Source of the DNA: Mytilus edulis | Lineage: Eukaryota | Direction: 5' to 3' | NCBI RefSeq assembly: GCF_963676685.1 | Contig: NC_092351.1 | Span: 9,362,001-9,426,000 of the forward strand | DNA length: 64,000 nt | Part shown: positions 59,918 to 64,000 of the stretch, one piece after another | Numbering within the stretch: position 1 is the stretch's first letter | Layout of the letters: each line of letters starts with the position of its first letter | Position numbers and translations under genes: made by a program | The notes under the pieces: generated by a model | Told to the model about the DNA's origin: nothing | Database searches by the model: none | Seen by the model: only the letters and a program-made list of their open reading frames with translations

Positions 59918-61341
59918 TTTCAGCTTTTTCCAACTAGTTAAATCACTTTTTTTATGGAGTATTGTACGATACGTCTTAACATATCAAGGGACGTTACTCA
60001 TCTCTATTCTTGAATTTTGTTTTTTGTTTTTATCGAAGGCTTTTCTGTGATGTAAATAGTAGTTTGAACCACTAAAATCTATCTACTTTTCTTTTCTTTT
60101 CAAAAATGCGTTTAATCCAGTAAAATGCACTTTTACATATTTTAGTTATTTCTAAAGTCACCCCAAGGGATCAAAGTCAAAATGACATTTCCCAAAACCT
60201 TTGATTTTTCAATTATCGAATACTACTATCATAATCAAAATTGTTAAAAGCCCAAATTAACGAGTTTTAACTTTGTTCTTAGTAAAAAAAAATCATTGGT
60301 GGCGTGTGGTGTTTATCGAATGTATGTTTTTATGCAAAGAATATTTCAACTTCAAGGTAACTATCAGCTCCAATAAAAGGTATTTTCCCTATAGAATTTG
60401 ATGTCATCCTTTCTATTTGAAAGCCCTAAGTCATGATACAGTACTTAATTAACGATCAGATTACAATAATAAACCTAACATTATAAATGTCAATCCATTT
60501 GTCGTTCTAGTTGCTTTTGTTGTGATTACAATTTTTTATTATTTTTTTTTAAAGATACGCAGCATAGTTTAAACATAATAATGGGAGTCTTAAATATACA
60601 TTTCGTGCTTTGGGTTATAAAAATTCTTATTTTTTTTGAAGAATTATACTGATTCTCCAAAACAATATAGTAAATATGATATAATCCAATTGTTGAATTT
60701 TTTTATCAATTTTTTTTTTGTTGATTTCAGGTCGGTGTTCTAATGGGTTTAGATAGTGCTACCTTCTGGTCGACTTGTTTTTGTACTCATATGAAGCAAA
60801 ATTAATTTAGGAACTTTTAGAAGACAAATAAAAGCGTCTATGCGTACTGTGTTTACTCATTGTTGAAGGCAATACGATGACTATAGCTGTTTTAAATGTC
60901 TTTGTCATTTGGTCTCTTGTTGAAAGTAGTAGCATTGACATTCATATCATACCTTATTTTCATATATCGTGTCTGCTTCTTTTTAAAAATTATACAGTTT
61001 TAGAAATTTAATTATATTTGTTCCACTTTTTTGGAAGAAGAAATGATTTTTTATATGATATCTGCGACAGATTCGGAGAATTTTAAGCATACTCCGCTAC
61101 ATTGTAGAAAGTGCGAAAACTATCTATTGGATATTTGTTTTATTGTTTTCAAGCATGGACTGTTTCCTTTAACGTTCTAAATGTATTAAATGATAATTTA
61201 ATTTTGGATGTAACGAGTCTTCTGATTGGCTGATAGTGTTTTGTCTATCAGCTCATAGTCATGTTTTTTTCATGTGACCGTGACGTCATCAACGCTTTCA
61301 TGGATAACGTCGGTTTAAAATGATCTTTTAAAATTGAATTA

Positions 61342-61494
61342 TAAGGGATGACTGTAATATTTTTTCTGTCTATTCGAAACAACATAAAATGTAGTGCACA
61401 CTTAAGAATAACTCGCTACGCAGGATATTCAGTGTGCACCACATTTTTATGTGTTTTGTTTTATAGACATAAAAAATATTTCAGTTATTCCTTA
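61342..61494. repeat. Long imperfect inverted repeat (hairpin), probably part of a small non-autonomous element
   Basis: taagggatgactgtaatattttttctgtctat...gtgcacact pairs with agtgtgcacc...atagacataaaaaatatttcagttattcctta; arms about 60-65 bp. Confidence 0.75.
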
Positions 61495-63685
61495 ATTCAT
61501 TTTAATTTATGAAAATTTAATCGTTCTTCGTTGTTTAATGCTTTTTTCACTTTAAAATGTCAATTTCTGTAATATTTTCCTTTGATCATTCAACCTCAAA
61601 ATATGTATATATAATCATAAGAACATAAAAAAGAATATCATTTATTGTTACGACAAAAAATATGCAATGTGTGTGTTATTGAAACAGCAGCACAACAACA
61701 TAACCTGAAAAAAAAAGGAAACACACTTTTTGAGATTAGCTTGAAAAAAATAGAATGAGGTCACTTAGAGCTTCAAACTTCATGCGCTAATTGTCAAGTA
61801 TTATAGAGAAGTTATATCGCCGTTAGATTTAAGTGATATAACATTAAACATAGGATTTTACTGCCTTCCTTACAGTTTATGATGATCATTAAATATATAT
61901 TAATATCAATATCGAAAACTTACATAAATATTTTTTTTTCACTTCCCAATAATAAAACCAGTACTTATTCAAGTTGTTTGAATTTCAATAACGTTGCACA
62001 CACATCATAGTTTAGTTATTTAATTATTTTTGCTCTCTACCTTTATGTACAGAATACTTTATATCCTAAGTTTTGTTCGGCCACTGCAAATGTTGTATTG
62101 TTGTCTGACTATATATGTCTGTGATATAGTTTGAAGCAACCTGTTTTTACTCGAGATCGTTGAGGGCTTACCATATTTTGCGGTCGTTTTCTTAATTCTA
62201 GTTTTCTGTTCCTATTTAGGTCATTCTAGTCTTATTATTGTAATAGTAATACACAAATTCTTAGCTCGGACATGTAAAGAATGTGTGTATGAGTTGTCAA
62301 GGGTGGGCGATATATTTTTGTGCCAAAAATTAACTCATTTTGAGTCACAACCTATTTCCGACAATGCAACTTCTGCACCATTTCATTTTAAAAGCTATAG
62401 GTATCCTTTGCACTAATTGAAAAATCATTTTATTGCGCCAATTTTATGACCAATATCACCAAGAATTCTGTGAAACTAGCTTGATTGTTTGGTTGAGATG
62501 AGTGCCGTTTCCTTCTTTCACTACATGAACTGAAAAGGGGGGGGGGCAGAAAAATGTCGAATAAAGCAGGATGTCAGAATACTCAGGTTCTGTAAGGATA
62601 TTAGGTATATTTTGTGTCGGTTAAAGCTGCATGATGCTGAAGTACGCAGGTGTCGGATTAGGCAGGTTACACTGTATTAACATATCAGTTGCTTTCGTTT
62701 GCATCTTGTATTCAAAATCTGTCCATCTAGTTTTGAGAATAATTTTCATGTAAATGATCTAATGCCCTACAAGAGTCATTTGTAAACATTTTAGCACACC
62801 TCGACTTAAGTGTACTTTTCCATCTAATTTCTATATTTTTCTGAACAAATGATTTACGAAATATGTGTTCTTCGAGAACGATGGCAGGTTTTCCTCTATC
62901 AAACTTGTCTTTCTATTTTCTTTAACGATATATCAGAAATCGTTACATGTGAAAAACTATTCTGTTACTGAACAATTTATTTCTTGGTGATTTTTCTCAA
63001 TTTTCATGAGTGCTGAGTTGAATCTTAAGTTAATTGGTTATTCACAGTACATGTTACATTTATCCTATAGATAAAAGTCTACGTCAGGTGAATGTGGCAC
63101 AATTTGAATCTATTTATTGGCGCAATTGATATCATCCGAAAAATAAAGAGTGGCGCAATTGATCCCTTGTGAAACTATAATTAGCGCAAATTAATTCTGC
63201 CCTCGAGGCCTAGGGTTAATGCTAGTATTGCAGAACTGCATTAGTTTAATGTATGCATTTTAAATTTTTAATTGAGTTGGTGTTTTGTCTATTTTGATTC
63301 GAGTGTCACGATGTTGCGCATGGACACACGTCTACTTGTATTCTTGAAGCATGGAATCTATTATTTTTTTTCTGAGTAAAATCATCATTATGTTGTCGCA
63401 AATACTCGTTCGTGTATCAGTATATAAAAGAAGTGTGATTGTTATTGAGACAATTATCGCGGGCCCCGTTATCCACCAAAAGCCAATCGACAAGGATGAG
63501 AACAACTAAATGTCACCATATTGTTTTCAACAATGAACATAATAAAATCTGATAAAGTAAATAACATGAAACATACACAATTGTGAAAGACAGAAATCAA
63601 CGACAGACACTGAAGTACATGATCCTGGCTTAAACTGGATATAAATACGAAAAAGACTTTGTTAAACATGCTCACGGGCGCTTAA

Positions 63686-64000
63686 CCCTTGTATCTATGA
63701 TAATTTTATTTACAACCACTGGGTCAATGCCACTGCTAGTGGAGTTTTTATTCCCCGAGATTATCACCAGCCCAGTAGTCAGTACTTTTGTGCTGACATG
63801 AAATATCATTGATATGGTTATATTTATAAATTAACTGTTTATAGCAAATCTTTGAGTGTTTTGAAAAACTAAGGTCATTTGACCAGGAAAAGATTACCTC
63901 ATCTGTATTTTGCAAAACTTTTAGGAATTTTTGGTCCTCAGTGCTCTTCAACTTCGTTCTTTATTTTGCCTTTTTAACAAGTTTTGAATCGAGCGTCACT
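63686..64000 (+). repeat. Probable retrozyme-type (hammerhead-associated) repeat monomer, cut by the window edge
   Basis: Shares gtatctatgat...ttattta with the reverse complement of the 43739-43791 insert. Ends gagcgtcact, as expected just before a CTGATGA hammerhead core; the core itself is not in the window. Confidence 0.45.

Larger units (their letters stand above)
53226..60000 (-). mobile_element. Full-length L1/Tx1-clade LINE with three long ORFs
   Basis: TSD TCTCTATTCTT at 53215-53225 and 60001-60011; poly(A) tail (T-run 53224-53243) with AATAAA about 15 nt upstream on the minus strand; 83-nt 5' UTR; intact ORF1 and ORF2. Confidence 0.95.

Noticed and set aside
62295-63205. Possible decayed TIR element with repeated ggcgcaattgat motifs
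   Set aside because: Termini are too degenerate and no TSD could be fixed.

Overview
AT-rich animal genomic DNA. It is most likely a bivalve such as Mytilus, inferred only from the look of the repeat families. The backbone is a large tandem duplication: about 1-27,930 recurs at about 32,453-51,090, with an offset of 32,452 at the start. Each copy carries an intronless ankyrin-repeat + Mab-21/cGAS-like nucleotidyltransferase (cGLR) gene. Copy 1 (1-1542, cut by the window edge) has an intact catalytic GS...DEFD...D signature. Copy 2 (31,326-33,968) is a pseudogene with two stops, two frameshifts and a mutated active site. The copies differ by many transposon insertions, so several elements can be read against their own empty site: a KolobokP-like composite element, a Penelope-like RT fragment, an intact BEL/Pao LTR retrotransposon (identical 194-bp LTRs, tRNA-His PBS, TG...TA termini), a non-autonomous Helitron, MITEs and a small inversion. 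A Ginger-like element and a second Helitron lie where the copies do not align. Beyond the duplication is a full-length, TSD-flanked L1/Tx1-clade LINE (53,226-60,000, minus strand). It carries an unexpected third ORF of 449 codons, with several hydrophobic segments and no recognisable domain, between ORF1 and ORF2; this is the most unusual feature in the window. A probable retrozyme-type repeat runs off the right edge. All alignments and counts were done by eye.
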